A stretch of DNA of 52,457 nt from Rickettsia typhi (lineage in GTDB: Bacteria; Pseudomonadota; Alphaproteobacteria; Rickettsiales; JABSSG01), in contig CAMCSP010000001.1 of the NCBI GenBank assembly GCA_945877755.1, positions 1-52,457 of the forward strand, read 5' to 3'. Position numbers and translations under genes: made by a program. A model generated the notes under the pieces. That model was given only the letters and a program-made list of their open reading frames with translations. It did not search any database and was not told the DNA's origin. Position 1 is the first letter of the stretch. Each line of letters opens with the position of its first letter. This document shows positions 21,110 through 30,150 of this stretch, in pieces.

Positions 21110-22489
21110 ATGAGTTTCAGTATTAATTCTAGCATTTTGCGTGAGTATGATATTCGTGGCGTGGTTGATCAGACTTTAACAGTTCAAGATGCATTTCTAG
21201 TGGGATGGTCATTTGCTAAGTTGATAGGTAATGATTATATTAATGTTGGCTGTGATGGGAGATTGAGTTCGCCAAGGTTAACAGAAGCTCTTATCAGCGG
21301 ATTAATAGAAGGTGGTGCAAAGGCAAGATTCATTGGTAGAGGTCCAACACCAATGCTATATTTTTCTACGTTTAGCAAAGAAAATAAAGCTCTAGCTGGA
21401 ATTATGGTGACTGGTTCACATAACCCCCCAACTCACAATGGTTTTAAATTTATTTACAAAGGGAGGCCTTTTTTTGGCAGCGAAATTAAAAGCTTAAAAA
21501 ATATTTCTAATAGTTATAATGGAAATTTCCCAACGCATAGTGATTATGAAAGTGTTGATTGTTCAGAGTTATATATTGAAAGATTGCTCAAGGATTGCAA
21601 AACAGTATCAGAACTTAAAGTTGCTTGGGATCCAGGCAATGGTGCTGCTGGAGAGATAGTAGAGAAGTTGGTTAAAAGATTATCTGGAACTCACGTAGTT
21701 GTTAATGAGAAAATAGATGGTACTTTTCCTGCTCATCATCCTGATCCAACGGTTAAAGAGAATCTAGAGCAGATTATTTCTATTGTATTAGAACAAGGGT
21801 GTGATTTTGGAGTAGCTTTTGATGGTGATGGTGATCGTATTGGAGTTGTTGACAGTAAAGGTAGAATTATCTGGGGCGATCAGCTGTTGTTACTGTTTGC
21901 TAAAGAAATATTAGATCATAAGCCAAATTCAGTTATTATTGCAGATGTTAAAGCTAGCCAGAAATTATTTGAAGGCATTAAAAGTTATGGTGGGAGACCA
22001 TTAATGTGGAAGACTGGGCACTCACTTATCAAAACCAAAATGCATGAACAGGATTCTCCTCTTGCTGGTGAAATGAGTGGTCATATTTTCTTTGCTGATC
22101 GATATTATGGTTTTGATGATGCTTTATATGCGGCGTTGAGATTAATTAATATTTTAGCCTCAAGCAAGCAGTCTCTATCTAGTATAATTGATTCATTTCC
22201 AGTTGTTTTTAATACACCTGAAATTAGAATTGATTGTGATGATCAGAGGAAGTTCTCTGTAATTGATGAGGTTAAGAAGCTTTTAGATGGACAAAATAAG
22301 AAATATAACGACATAGATGGCATTCGTTATAATTGTGATGAAGGCTGGTGGTTATTGCGTGCTTCTAATACTCAAGCAGTATTAGTTGTGCGTTGCGAGG
22401 CTGATTCTGAGTATAACCTTAAGATATTATGTCAGGATATTTCGGCAATCTTAAGTGTTTATGATCTTGATGTTTCAGCACTGCAATAA
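21110..22489 (+). CDS. phosphomannomutase/phosphoglucomutase (alpha-D-phosphohexomutase)
   Basis: 459 aa. Active-site loop TGSHNPPTHNGFK, metal loop FDGDGDR and sugar loop GEMSGH. Confidence 0.85.
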   Translation: MSFSINSSILREYDIRGVVDQTLTVQDAFLVGWSFAKLIGNDYINVGCDGRLSSPRLTEALISGLIEGGAKARFIGRGPTPMLYFSTFSKENKALAGIMVTGSHNPPTHNGFKFIYKGRPFFGSEIKSLKNISNSYNGNFPTHSDYESVDCSELYIERLLKDCKTVSELKVAWDPGNGAAGEIVEKLVKRLSGTHVVVNEKIDGTFPAHHPDPTVKENLEQIISIVLEQGCDFGVAFDGDGDRIGVVDSKGRIIWGDQLLLLFAKEILDHKPNSVIIADVKASQKLFEGIKSYGGRPLMWKTGHSLIKTKMHEQDSPLAGEMSGHIFFADRYYGFDDALYAALRLINILASSKQSLSSIIDSFPVVFNTPEIRIDCDDQRKFSVIDEVKKLLDGQNKKYNDIDGIRYNCDEGWWLLRASNTQAVLVVRCEADSEYNLKILCQDISAILSVYDLDVSALQ

Positions 22490-22585
22490 TTGTCTTTTCA
22501 ACAAAAATTGTCATGGCAATAAAATTAATGGCGAAATCTGAAAAATAAGAGATAATTAATCTAAGATATTTTTTAGAGGTGTTAA

Positions 22586-24328
22586 ATGATCATTCAAAAC
22601 TTGATGCAGAACTATAATCGTTACTTAGTAAGCTTAGTTTCTATTTCTTTGATTTCATTATCTATGAACATCTTGATGTTCTCTGAGTCTCCATTAGCAC
22701 AGATATTTTTTATTGTTACTTATGTCGCACTAGCTATTGTCTGTTTTAAATCTGATAGTGACAAATGGTCATATTTTCTAATCCGTATGCAAATTTATGT
22801 TTTAATACCAAGCGTTGTTGCTTTTGCACTTTGCGGTCGCTACGGCATAACATCATATATCCTACATTATTTATTATTTATAGTTACTAACTTGATTTGT
22901 ATTTCTGAGCTTAAGAAGCGTAATAACCTTCTGGTATTGAACAAGGAATTTTATACTTATGTTATGTGTGGCATGTTTGTTTTATCATTGCTTACTTTTA
23001 TTAGTTTTATGATTAAACTTGAAGCTTTGTTATTTATTATGAATAGTCTGTTTTTATTTACACTAACATCTGGTTTGATTATTGAGCCTAAAAAGGCAGG
23101 TAACTTGCCATTTAACAACGAAATATTATTGATAGTATGTTTTGTAGCTCTTGTAGTAATGACGTTGATGCAATCTTTTTTACCTGATTACCATATATTG
23201 CGAATAATTTATTTGGTTTCTTATATTATTTTGGCAACTACTCTTTGTTTTGCTATTCGAGAAAGAAAAAGCATATTTTTTATAGCTTGTACATTATTGC
23301 TTGCTAATCATTTTTTGCCAAATAAAATTCATGCACTTTTTGATCTTACTATCATTTCAATGCTTACGACACTATTTTATATGCAAAACTATGTGTTGAA
23401 AGAGGTTGATTCAGCATTTGCTAAATTAAAAGTTATGTATGATTATAAGTCGAACAAGGTTTTATTATGTAATCAGAATACAATACATAGTGAGCAATAT
23501 TATTATGGTAATGCTGATCATATACCTAATTTTAGCTATTATGGTAACACATTAAATACCGGACCAGTATATAATATCTTTAAAAGAAGCGATGCTAAAA
23601 ATCTGCATAACAAAGTGGCAGTCATAGGTTTAGGAGCTGGCACTTTTGCTGCTTATGGTAAAGACGGACAGAGTTTTATTTTCTATGAAATTGATCCAGA
23701 AGTAAAATTAATTGCAAATAACCATGAGTATTTTACTTTTATTAAAACTTCAAAAGCTAATATTTCTTTTGTTATGGGAGATGCCAGAAAGACTCTAGAA
23801 AAAGCACAAGATTATGAATATGGGATAATCTTCGTTGATGTTTATAGTGACTTTTCAATACCTAAGAGTTTTATAACTATTGAAGCAATAAATCTATATT
23901 TGCGTAAGTTACAAAAGAATGGATTGATAGTTATGCATATTACAACTGAAGAAGATGGTATTGAAAGCATTATTGGCAGGATAGCCCAAGAATTAGAATT
24001 GGCTGCATATGTTATGTGTATTGATGAGTATATTGATGATACGAAAGAATCTACTAGCGGGCTTATAACGCGAAAGGCTGAGACTAATGCATGGTATTCA
24101 AAGTTATATAAAAATCTTTTATTACTTTTTGGCATCAAATCATTTTCGTCTGATAAAAATATATCAAAGTGGGTAATAATAGCTAGAAATAAGGAAGATT
24201 TGCTTGATCTTACTTCTGATCATGGTTGGCATATGTTGTCTGTAGATTCTAATCAAGAGATTTTAACAGATGAGAGCATAGAATATGGTGAATCAGCTCG
24301 CGGTATTATTACTAGAAAAATAACTTAG
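22586..24328 (+). CDS. polytopic membrane domain fused to a spermidine-synthase-like (class I MTase fold) domain
   Basis: The first 270 aa or so are highly hydrophobic (about 8 TM). The C-terminal part carries VAVIGLGAGT...FYEIDPEV...MGDARK...IFVDVYSD, the SpeE-like pattern but with GLGAGT in place of GGGDGG. Confidence 0.55.
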   Translation: MIIQNLMQNYNRYLVSLVSISLISLSMNILMFSESPLAQIFFIVTYVALAIVCFKSDSDKWSYFLIRMQIYVLIPSVVAFALCGRYGITSYILHYLLFIVTNLICISELKKRNNLLVLNKEFYTYVMCGMFVLSLLTFISFMIKLEALLFIMNSLFLFTLTSGLIIEPKKAGNLPFNNEILLIVCFVALVVMTLMQSFLPDYHILRIIYLVSYIILATTLCFAIRERKSIFFIACTLLLANHFLPNKIHALFDLTIISMLTTLFYMQNYVLKEVDSAFAKLKVMYDYKSNKVLLCNQNTIHSEQYYYGNADHIPNFSYYGNTLNTGPVYNIFKRSDAKNLHNKVAVIGLGAGTFAAYGKDGQSFIFYEIDPEVKLIANNHEYFTFIKTSKANISFVMGDARKTLEKAQDYEYGIIFVDVYSDFSIPKSFITIEAINLYLRKLQKNGLIVMHITTEEDGIESIIGRIAQELELAAYVMCIDEYIDDTKESTSGLITRKAETNAWYSKLYKNLLLLFGIKSFSSDKNISKWVIIARNKEDLLDLTSDHGWHMLSVDSNQEILTDESIEYGESARGIITRKIT

Positions 24329-24330
24329 TG

Positions 24331-25269
24331 ATGGATTCAAAACTTATAATAATTAGTGGTCCTACTGCTAGTGGTAAATCTCGTTTAGCACAAGAGGTAT
24401 ATGATCACTTTAGGGATTTCTCTATAGTAAACGCTGATTCTATGCAGGTTTATAAAGATCTCCCTATATTAACAGCGCATCCAAGTGATTTAAATACAAA
24501 TCCATCAAACTATAATTTATATAGTATTTTGAGTTATGATCAGAGTTTTTCTGTTTCTAGTTGGGTGAAAATAGCGGAAGATAAAATCAAAGGGCTGTGG
24601 GCCTCTGGTAAAATACCCCTTATTGTTGGTGGGACTGGTTTATATATTAAAACATTGTTATATGGTTTGTCTAATCTTCCGGATATTTCTCCTGAGGTTA
24701 GAAGTCAGGTTAATAATTTATTTGTCGAAATTGGCACTGAAAAATTTTATAAATTATTGCAATCTAAAGATTCAGTAAGTTCTGCAAGAATTCATAATAA
24801 TGATAGTTATCGTATGACTCGTGCTATGGAAGTATTTGAACAAACTGGTAAATCAATAACCTCATTTTATAAGCTAAGGAGTGGTCATAAATCTAACTTG
24901 TATAATTATTTACATATTAACATTAGTCCTTTGCGGCAGGTTTTATATGAATCATGTAATAAAAGATTTTTAGAGATGATTGCTGGTGGTGTGCTAGATG
25001 AGGTATCAGCTTTGCGTATAAAACCTAATTCAGCTACAAGTCTGTTAACAAAAGCACTTGGATATAGCAGTCTTGGCGCTTATCTGGATAAAAAAATCTC
25101 TCTTGAGGAGGCAATAGATAAGGGACAAGTACAAACACGCCAATATGCTAAACGTCAGGTTACTTGGTTCAAAAATCAGGCTCCAGAAGCAACTATATTG
25201 GAATTTGAGAGTTATAGTGAGATCAATAATAAAACACTATATCTAATAAAGCAGTTCTTAGGCAGATAG
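24331..25269 (+). CDS. miaA: tRNA dimethylallyltransferase
   Basis: P-loop ISGPTASGKS, then SMQVYKDLPILTA and VGGTGLYIK. An alternative GTG start at 24328 overlaps the upstream stop. Confidence 0.9.
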   Translation: MDSKLIIISGPTASGKSRLAQEVYDHFRDFSIVNADSMQVYKDLPILTAHPSDLNTNPSNYNLYSILSYDQSFSVSSWVKIAEDKIKGLWASGKIPLIVGGTGLYIKTLLYGLSNLPDISPEVRSQVNNLFVEIGTEKFYKLLQSKDSVSSARIHNNDSYRMTRAMEVFEQTGKSITSFYKLRSGHKSNLYNYLHINISPLRQVLYESCNKRFLEMIAGGVLDEVSALRIKPNSATSLLTKALGYSSLGAYLDKKISLEEAIDKGQVQTRQYAKRQVTWFKNQAPEATILEFESYSEINNKTLYLIKQFLGR

Positions 25270-25280
25270 TTATAAAAAAC

Positions 25281-25304
25281 CTGCGAAAGTATTAATTATC
25301 GCAG
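25281..25304. terminator. hairpin between convergent miaA and doxX (CTGCGA-N12-TCGCAG, then ATTTT)
   Basis: 6-bp stem seen directly. Weak stem with a large loop. Confidence 0.3.
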
Positions 25305-25322
25305 ATTTTCATTAACATAACT

Positions 25323-25781
25323 TTATTGCTTTTTCTTACTATTATTGTTTTTTTTCTTAGCCAAAAAGTAATCTAAAGACAATCTGTCAGCTCCGTATGA
25401 TGCGAATAGAGCTAATAACATCATCCAGTAGTAATTCTCTACGAATTGTTGATAGAAGAATGTAGATAATGCCACCATTATAAATAAAACTAGCGCAGCA
25501 AATTTTGTATGATAACCAAGAACTAAGGCTGCTGAACATATAAGTTGAATTGCAACTGTAGTTACAGCCGCAAACCAGTAAGGAAGGATTGGAACTTGAT
25601 ATTCATTTTGAAACAAAAATAGAGCTGCATCCCAATTTTGTAATTTTTCTAAGCCAAGCACAAAGAATATATTAGCAATATAAACTCTGACTATTAGATT
25701 TACTGCTGGTGCCATTTTTTTAAAAACACAAGACGTTTGTTTACAACATGCACAATTGCACTCTGTATAACTACATTCCAT
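25323..25781 (-). CDS. DoxX-family membrane protein with a Cys-rich N-terminal extension
   Basis: Four hydrophobic helices and a LGLEKL-type start of the DoxX core. ATG at 25781 has a GGAGGA Shine-Dalgarno 5 nt upstream. The N-terminus MECSYTECNCACCKQTSCVF contains 7 Cys. Confidence 0.65.
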   Translation of the reverse strand: MECSYTECNCACCKQTSCVFKKMAPAVNLIVRVYIANIFFVLGLEKLQNWDAALFLFQNEYQVPILPYWFAAVTTVAIQLICSAALVLGYHTKFAALVLFIMVALSTFFYQQFVENYYWMMLLALFASYGADRLSLDYFLAKKKNNNSKKKQ

Positions 25782-25940
25782 ATTTTCCTCCATTATTAAG
25801 TTAGTTACACATTAAATTCTAAAGTTTAAAATTATGATAGTAAATCTTTTTCTTTATTATTTTCTATTTATTAGGATATATTCCTGCATATTTGCTGCAT
25901 TAATCATACCTGATTCGGCGGTAATTTTTCTAGAAACCCT

Positions 25941-26501
25941 TCATGATTTCTTTTTGTCATTCTTTAAATTATTTTTATTTATAAATGCTAATTGTGATAT
26001 GAAGAAAATAATGGTTATGGCTAATATACCAAACACTTTGAAATTTACCCATATATTTTCAGGTAGGGTACGCCAAATAATTTCATTGATAATTGCTATG
26101 CCTAGGAATAGTAATGCGAATCTTTTAGATAATATAATCCAGTTTTGTTCAGTTAGTTTGATGGCTGAATTGAAGAGATGTTTAGTGTAGCCTTTTTTAT
26201 AATAAACTCCATGAAATAATATCGCTGCAAATGCAAGGCTGACAATAGTAGGTTTTATTTTTACAAAGCTAGTGTTGCCACTGATAACAGTTATAGACCC
26301 TAGTATAACGATAATAGTAGTCGAGATAATTAAAACCATTGGCAATGTTTTATGATAAACATAATGCACCACCAAGGCAATAAGGCTTGCAACTAAAAGG
26401 ACACCAGTTGCAGGAATCATGCCAAACATCTTGTATGTTACAAAAAAAGCTATTAGAGGAACAAAGTCAGTAATGATTTTGACTATTGTTTTCATGTTCA
26501 T
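25941..26501 (-). CDS. yciB: intracellular septation protein A (YciB/IspZ family)
   Basis: 186 aa, 5 TM. N-terminal DFVPLIAFFVTYK signature. Confidence 0.8.
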   Translation of the reverse strand: MNMKTIVKIITDFVPLIAFFVTYKMFGMIPATGVLLVASLIALVVHYVYHKTLPMVLIISTTIIVILGSITVISGNTSFVKIKPTIVSLAFAAILFHGVYYKKGYTKHLFNSAIKLTEQNWIILSKRFALLFLGIAIINEIIWRTLPENIWVNFKVFGILAITIIFFISQLAFINKNNLKNDKKKS

Positions 26502-27340
26502 ATTTCCTGTACCCCTATAACGAAAATCCCATATTTATCTGCTAGAGTAATTACTTCTGGTAGACTTATTATAATACTGCCATTAGTGTTAACTGCTATG
26601 CCTCTAAGGTTTGCTTTGTAAACATAATCGATGGTATTGGTACCAATAGTTGGAAGGTCTAAACGTTTATCTTGCATTGTTTTTTTCATTTTTACTAAAA
26701 CACCTTTTCGCATAGTTTCGCGTTTTAGATCTGCGCATCTTTTTATTAAGCTATCAGTGCCTTCTGCAGCTTCTATTCCCAACACGTAACTATTTTCAAC
26801 TATAGTTGCTTGTCCTATATCCATATCGCTAAGTTTAGCGAGCACAATTTTGCCAATCTCTATATCTTTGAGATCGTCTTGGTCAGGTTTAATTTTTCCT
26901 AATATTCCTGCTGGAGTAAGTAAGGAAGGCAATATTGAGTTTGGAGAAATGACCTTTAAACCATGCTCTTCAAGAAATTTTGCAATAATAGATAAGGCTG
27001 AATTGTCCCCATGTATTTTACTTGCAGTTATTCTTGCCATCACTGAGAGACCTATGGAATCAACTTTCAAAGATAAAAGGCCAGGTCGTTTTATATCTCC
27101 TGCAAAAACAACAGAGGTAATCTTTTCATCAGACATTGTTTTAAGGATAGGCTTTACTTTACCTGGTGTAATCAAGTAATGTTTATGACTCCTCAATAGT
27201 TCTTCATCAGCATTTTCATGTATTGCAAGAATAATAAAAGATATTTTTTGCTTGATTAATTCATTAATGATGAGCTGAGGTAATTTACCGCTTCCAGCTA
27301 TAACAGCTATTTTTTCTGATTTTAAATTATGCTTGGTCAT
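26498..27340 (-). CDS. lpxI: UDP-2,3-diacylglucosamine pyrophosphatase LpxI (DUF1009)
   Basis: IAVIAGSGKLPQLI N-terminus and DIGQATIV, GIEAAEGTD and DLPTIG motifs. Located directly after lpxA as in alphaproteobacteria. Start placed at the ATG at 27340; the track start at 27379 overlaps lpxA by 53 nt. Confidence 0.75.
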   Translation of the reverse strand: MTKHNLKSEKIAVIAGSGKLPQLIINELIKQKISFIILAIHENADEELLRSHKHYLITPGKVKPILKTMSDEKITSVVFAGDIKRPGLLSLKVDSIGLSVMARITASKIHGDNSALSIIAKFLEEHGLKVISPNSILPSLLTPAGILGKIKPDQDDLKDIEIGKIVLAKLSDMDIGQATIVENSYVLGIEAAEGTDSLIKRCADLKRETMRKGVLVKMKKTMQDKRLDLPTIGTNTIDYVYKANLRGIAVNTNGSIIISLPEVITLADKYGIFVIGVQEI

Positions 27341-28136
27341 TTTTACTTTTAGGTTTACAAATTCCATTAGAGTTTTCACTTTTTAAAAACTCTACTACCT
27401 TTTGTACGGATTTTAATTCTGGATATTTTTTTTTCACATCTTCTACTAACGATGCAAAATTATTTTCATTGCTATTATTGAATAATATTTCATATGCATC
27501 GCGTAAAGCATTAATTTCTTCTTTATCAAAACCCTTTCTTTTAAGCCCTACAATATTCACGCCAATTAACCCAGAGCGTTCACCACTTACAAGTGCAAAA
27601 GGTATTACATCATTATCCACACCAGACATTCCGCCAATCATAGCGTTAGATCCAATTCTAATAAATTGACGTACACCAGACATTCCACCAATGATAGCGA
27701 AATCATCTACTGTTACATGACCACCTAAAGTAACATTATTTGCTAATATTACATTATTTCCAATGATGCAGTCATGAGCTATATGTGCAGAAATCATTAT
27801 CAAACAATTATTTCCGATCACAGTTTTCATCCCACCACCCAATGTTCCAGGGTTTATTGTAACATGCTCACGAATGATATTATTACTGCCTATGATTAAT
27901 TCAGAATCTTCTCCTTGATACTTTAAATCTTGTGGTGAATGACCAATAGACGCAAATGGAAATATTACTGTACCATCACCTATCGATGTTTTATTGGCAA
28001 TTACTATATGTGATTTTAACTCTACATTATCTCCAAGAGTTACATTTCCTGTAATAACGCAATATGGTCCTACTTTAACGTTCTTACCTAATTCAACACT
28101 AGGTTCAATAATGGCTGTTGGGTGAATTAATATCAT
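27327..28136 (-). CDS. lpxA: acyl-ACP:UDP-GlcNAc O-acyltransferase
   Basis: 269 aa. Left-handed beta-helix hexapeptide repeats starting [13 protein letters not shown]. Operon position fabZ-lpxA. Confidence 0.9.
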   Translation of the reverse strand: MILIHPTAIIEPSVELGKNVKVGPYCVITGNVTLGDNVELKSHIVIANKTSIGDGTVIFPFASIGHSPQDLKYQGEDSELIIGSNNIIREHVTINPGTLGGGMKTVIGNNCLIMISAHIAHDCIIGNNVILANNVTLGGHVTVDDFAIIGGMSGVRQFIRIGSNAMIGGMSGVDNDVIPFALVSGERSGLIGVNIVGLKRKGFDKEEINALRDAYEILFNNSNENNFASLVEDVKKKYPELKSVQKVVEFLKSENSNGICKPKSKNDQA

Positions 28137-28567
28137 TTGTCTGCTATCATTGCTGAAAAAATTGCTTCCGCCACTACTGCGCCATTAACTTTAGCTTCGG
28201 CAGTGAATTTCCATACATTTGCCCTGCTTCTTAATTTTGTTACATGTAAAAATAATTGATCTCCTGGTGAAACGATTTTACGAAATTTTGCTTCTTCAAT
28301 TGACATAAAATACACTAATTTATTATCAGCCTGGCCTTTTAACGTTTCACAGACTAATACAGCAGATGTTTGAGCCATTGCCTCAATAATTAACACTCCT
28401 GGCATTACCGGCTTGTTTGGAAAATGTCCAGTAAAATGTGGTTCGTTAATTGTAACATTTTTAATACCAGTTGCGGATTGATCAGGAACAATATCGATTA
28501 CCCGATCAATTAGCAAGAATGGATAACGGTGAGGTATTTTAGCCATTATTTCTTCTATATTAATCAT
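28133..28567 (-). CDS. fabZ: 3-hydroxyacyl-ACP dehydratase
   Basis: 144 aa. [13 protein letters not shown] and [19 protein letters not shown] motifs. Confidence 0.9.
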   Translation of the reverse strand: MINIEEIMAKIPHRYPFLLIDRVIDIVPDQSATGIKNVTINEPHFTGHFPNKPVMPGVLIIEAMAQTSAVLVCETLKGQADNKLVYFMSIEEAKFRKIVSPGDQLFLHVTKLRSRANVWKFTAEAKVNGAVVAEAIFSAMIADK

Positions 28568-29603
28568 TTTGTTCTCTACTACTTAATTTTTTTAAAATGG
28601 CTGTTTGTTTGTGCCATTGTCTTATTGGTAGTGATGGTGATCCGCCGACTATTTGTTTAGCCTCGATATCTTGCATCACACCAGATTGAGCTGCAATTTG
28701 TGCGCCATCGCCTATTTTTATATGTCCGGATAGACCGGCTTGTCCCCCAAGCATGACATATTTTCCTAGTTCTGTGCTTCCAGATATTCCTACTTGGGAA
28801 ACTATAATACAGCCTGTGCCCAATACAACGTTATGACCAATTTGCACTAAATTATCAATTTTGCACATGTCGCCTATTATTGTATCATCAATTGCGCCTC
28901 TATCAATAGTACAATTTGCTCCTATTTCTACATTACTTCCTATAATAACACGGCCAATTTGAGGAACTTTGATATGCTGGTAATTATCAAATGCATACCC
29001 AAAACCATCCTGTCCTACCCTTGTACCTGGGTGGATTATTGTATTATTTCCAATAAAGCAATTATCAAGTGTTACATCGTGATGTATAATACAATTGTTG
29101 CCTATTTGTACCTTATCATTAATATATACCCCTGGGTATATTTTGGTATTGGCTTCAATCCTTACTTCAGCTCCGATAGTTACGTTATGGGCAATCTCGC
29201 AATTTTCACCAATTGTAGCGGTTGGATGAATGTGTGCATCTTTTGAAATTCCTGGTTTTATTGGTGGGTTAGGATAAAATAATGTCATTATTCGTGCAAA
29301 GTCTGCATATGGGTTGCTAGTTATCAGTATAAAGACATCTTTTGGAGCCTTACTAAGGAATTTCTCTGAAGTAATGCAAGCTAATGGCTGAGATTTTATG
29401 TATTGTTCGGCATATTTTGCATTTGTAAAAAATGACAATTCGTTACTTGAAGCTTTTTCTAAGGTGCAAATATTTGACACCATAATTTTAGGGTCAATAA
29501 TATCTATTTTTTTACCATTTAGGTATGAAGTTGCCTTAATTGAATTTGCTAAGTGATTCAAGGAAAATGGTCCTTTATTAATAAAAAAGCTCTGGTTAGT
29601 CAT
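28560..29603 (-). CDS. lpxD: UDP-3-O-acylglucosamine N-acyltransferase
   Basis: 347 aa. N-terminal uridine-binding domain plus hexapeptide repeats. Position skp-lpxD-fabZ. Confidence 0.9.
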   Translation of the reverse strand: MTNQSFFINKGPFSLNHLANSIKATSYLNGKKIDIIDPKIMVSNICTLEKASSNELSFFTNAKYAEQYIKSQPLACITSEKFLSKAPKDVFILITSNPYADFARIMTLFYPNPPIKPGISKDAHIHPTATIGENCEIAHNVTIGAEVRIEANTKIYPGVYINDKVQIGNNCIIHHDVTLDNCFIGNNTIIHPGTRVGQDGFGYAFDNYQHIKVPQIGRVIIGSNVEIGANCTIDRGAIDDTIIGDMCKIDNLVQIGHNVVLGTGCIIVSQVGISGSTELGKYVMLGGQAGLSGHIKIGDGAQIAAQSGVMQDIEAKQIVGGSPSLPIRQWHKQTAILKKLSSREQND

Positions 29604-30141
29604 TCTTTAATTCCTTAAATCTTACATCAACAGTTTTAAGTTTGTTATTTAGCGCTTGTAAAACCTGATTAGTAATATCGATGCTATTTGTATTATACAA
29701 GGTTTGTGATTTTGGCAAAACTAATTGTATGTTTTGTTCTTTTGCTATGTTTGAAATTATATCAAACAATGATATTTTAATTTTTTCCATAGCTTTTGAG
29801 AAAGCATTATCCAAACTAATTCTATGTTCATGAATAACTTTCTGAGCTTCGATTTCAGATTGACTTAATTCTGTTTTAAGCTTTTTAAGTTGCTCTTGAC
29901 TTAGTTTGTTAGAGTTCTGTCCAATTTCTTTATCTAAGGCCATAATTTTTGTCTCATAGCCCTTTAACTCTTGTTGGTATTTTAAATTTTGCTTTTCTAA
30001 AGTGCTTTGTAGAGAAATATAAACCATGGATTCGTTAATAGCTTTATCAATATCGATAATTGCAATGTTGCTATGTTTGGCCCAGGCTATTGTTGGCAAG
30101 ATAAGTATGATAATAACTAATAGTACAAATCTATTTTTCAT
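29596..30141 (-). CDS. skp: OmpH/Skp-family periplasmic chaperone
   Basis: 181 aa. Signal peptide followed by a coiled-coil-rich sequence. Sits between bamA and lpxD. Confidence 0.7.
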   Translation of the reverse strand: MKNRFVLLVIIILILPTIAWAKHSNIAIIDIDKAINESMVYISLQSTLEKQNLKYQQELKGYETKIMALDKEIGQNSNKLSQEQLKKLKTELSQSEIEAQKVIHEHRISLDNAFSKAMEKIKISLFDIISNIAKEQNIQLVLPKSQTLYNTNSIDITNQVLQALNNKLKTVDVRFKELKND

Positions 30142-30150
30142 ATTTCTTTT

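Noticed and set aside
25834-26190. 118-aa plus-strand ORF
   Set aside because: It is antisense to the well-supported yciB gene, and its low-complexity Ile/Phe/Leu-rich translation is typical of antisense frames in AT-rich DNA.
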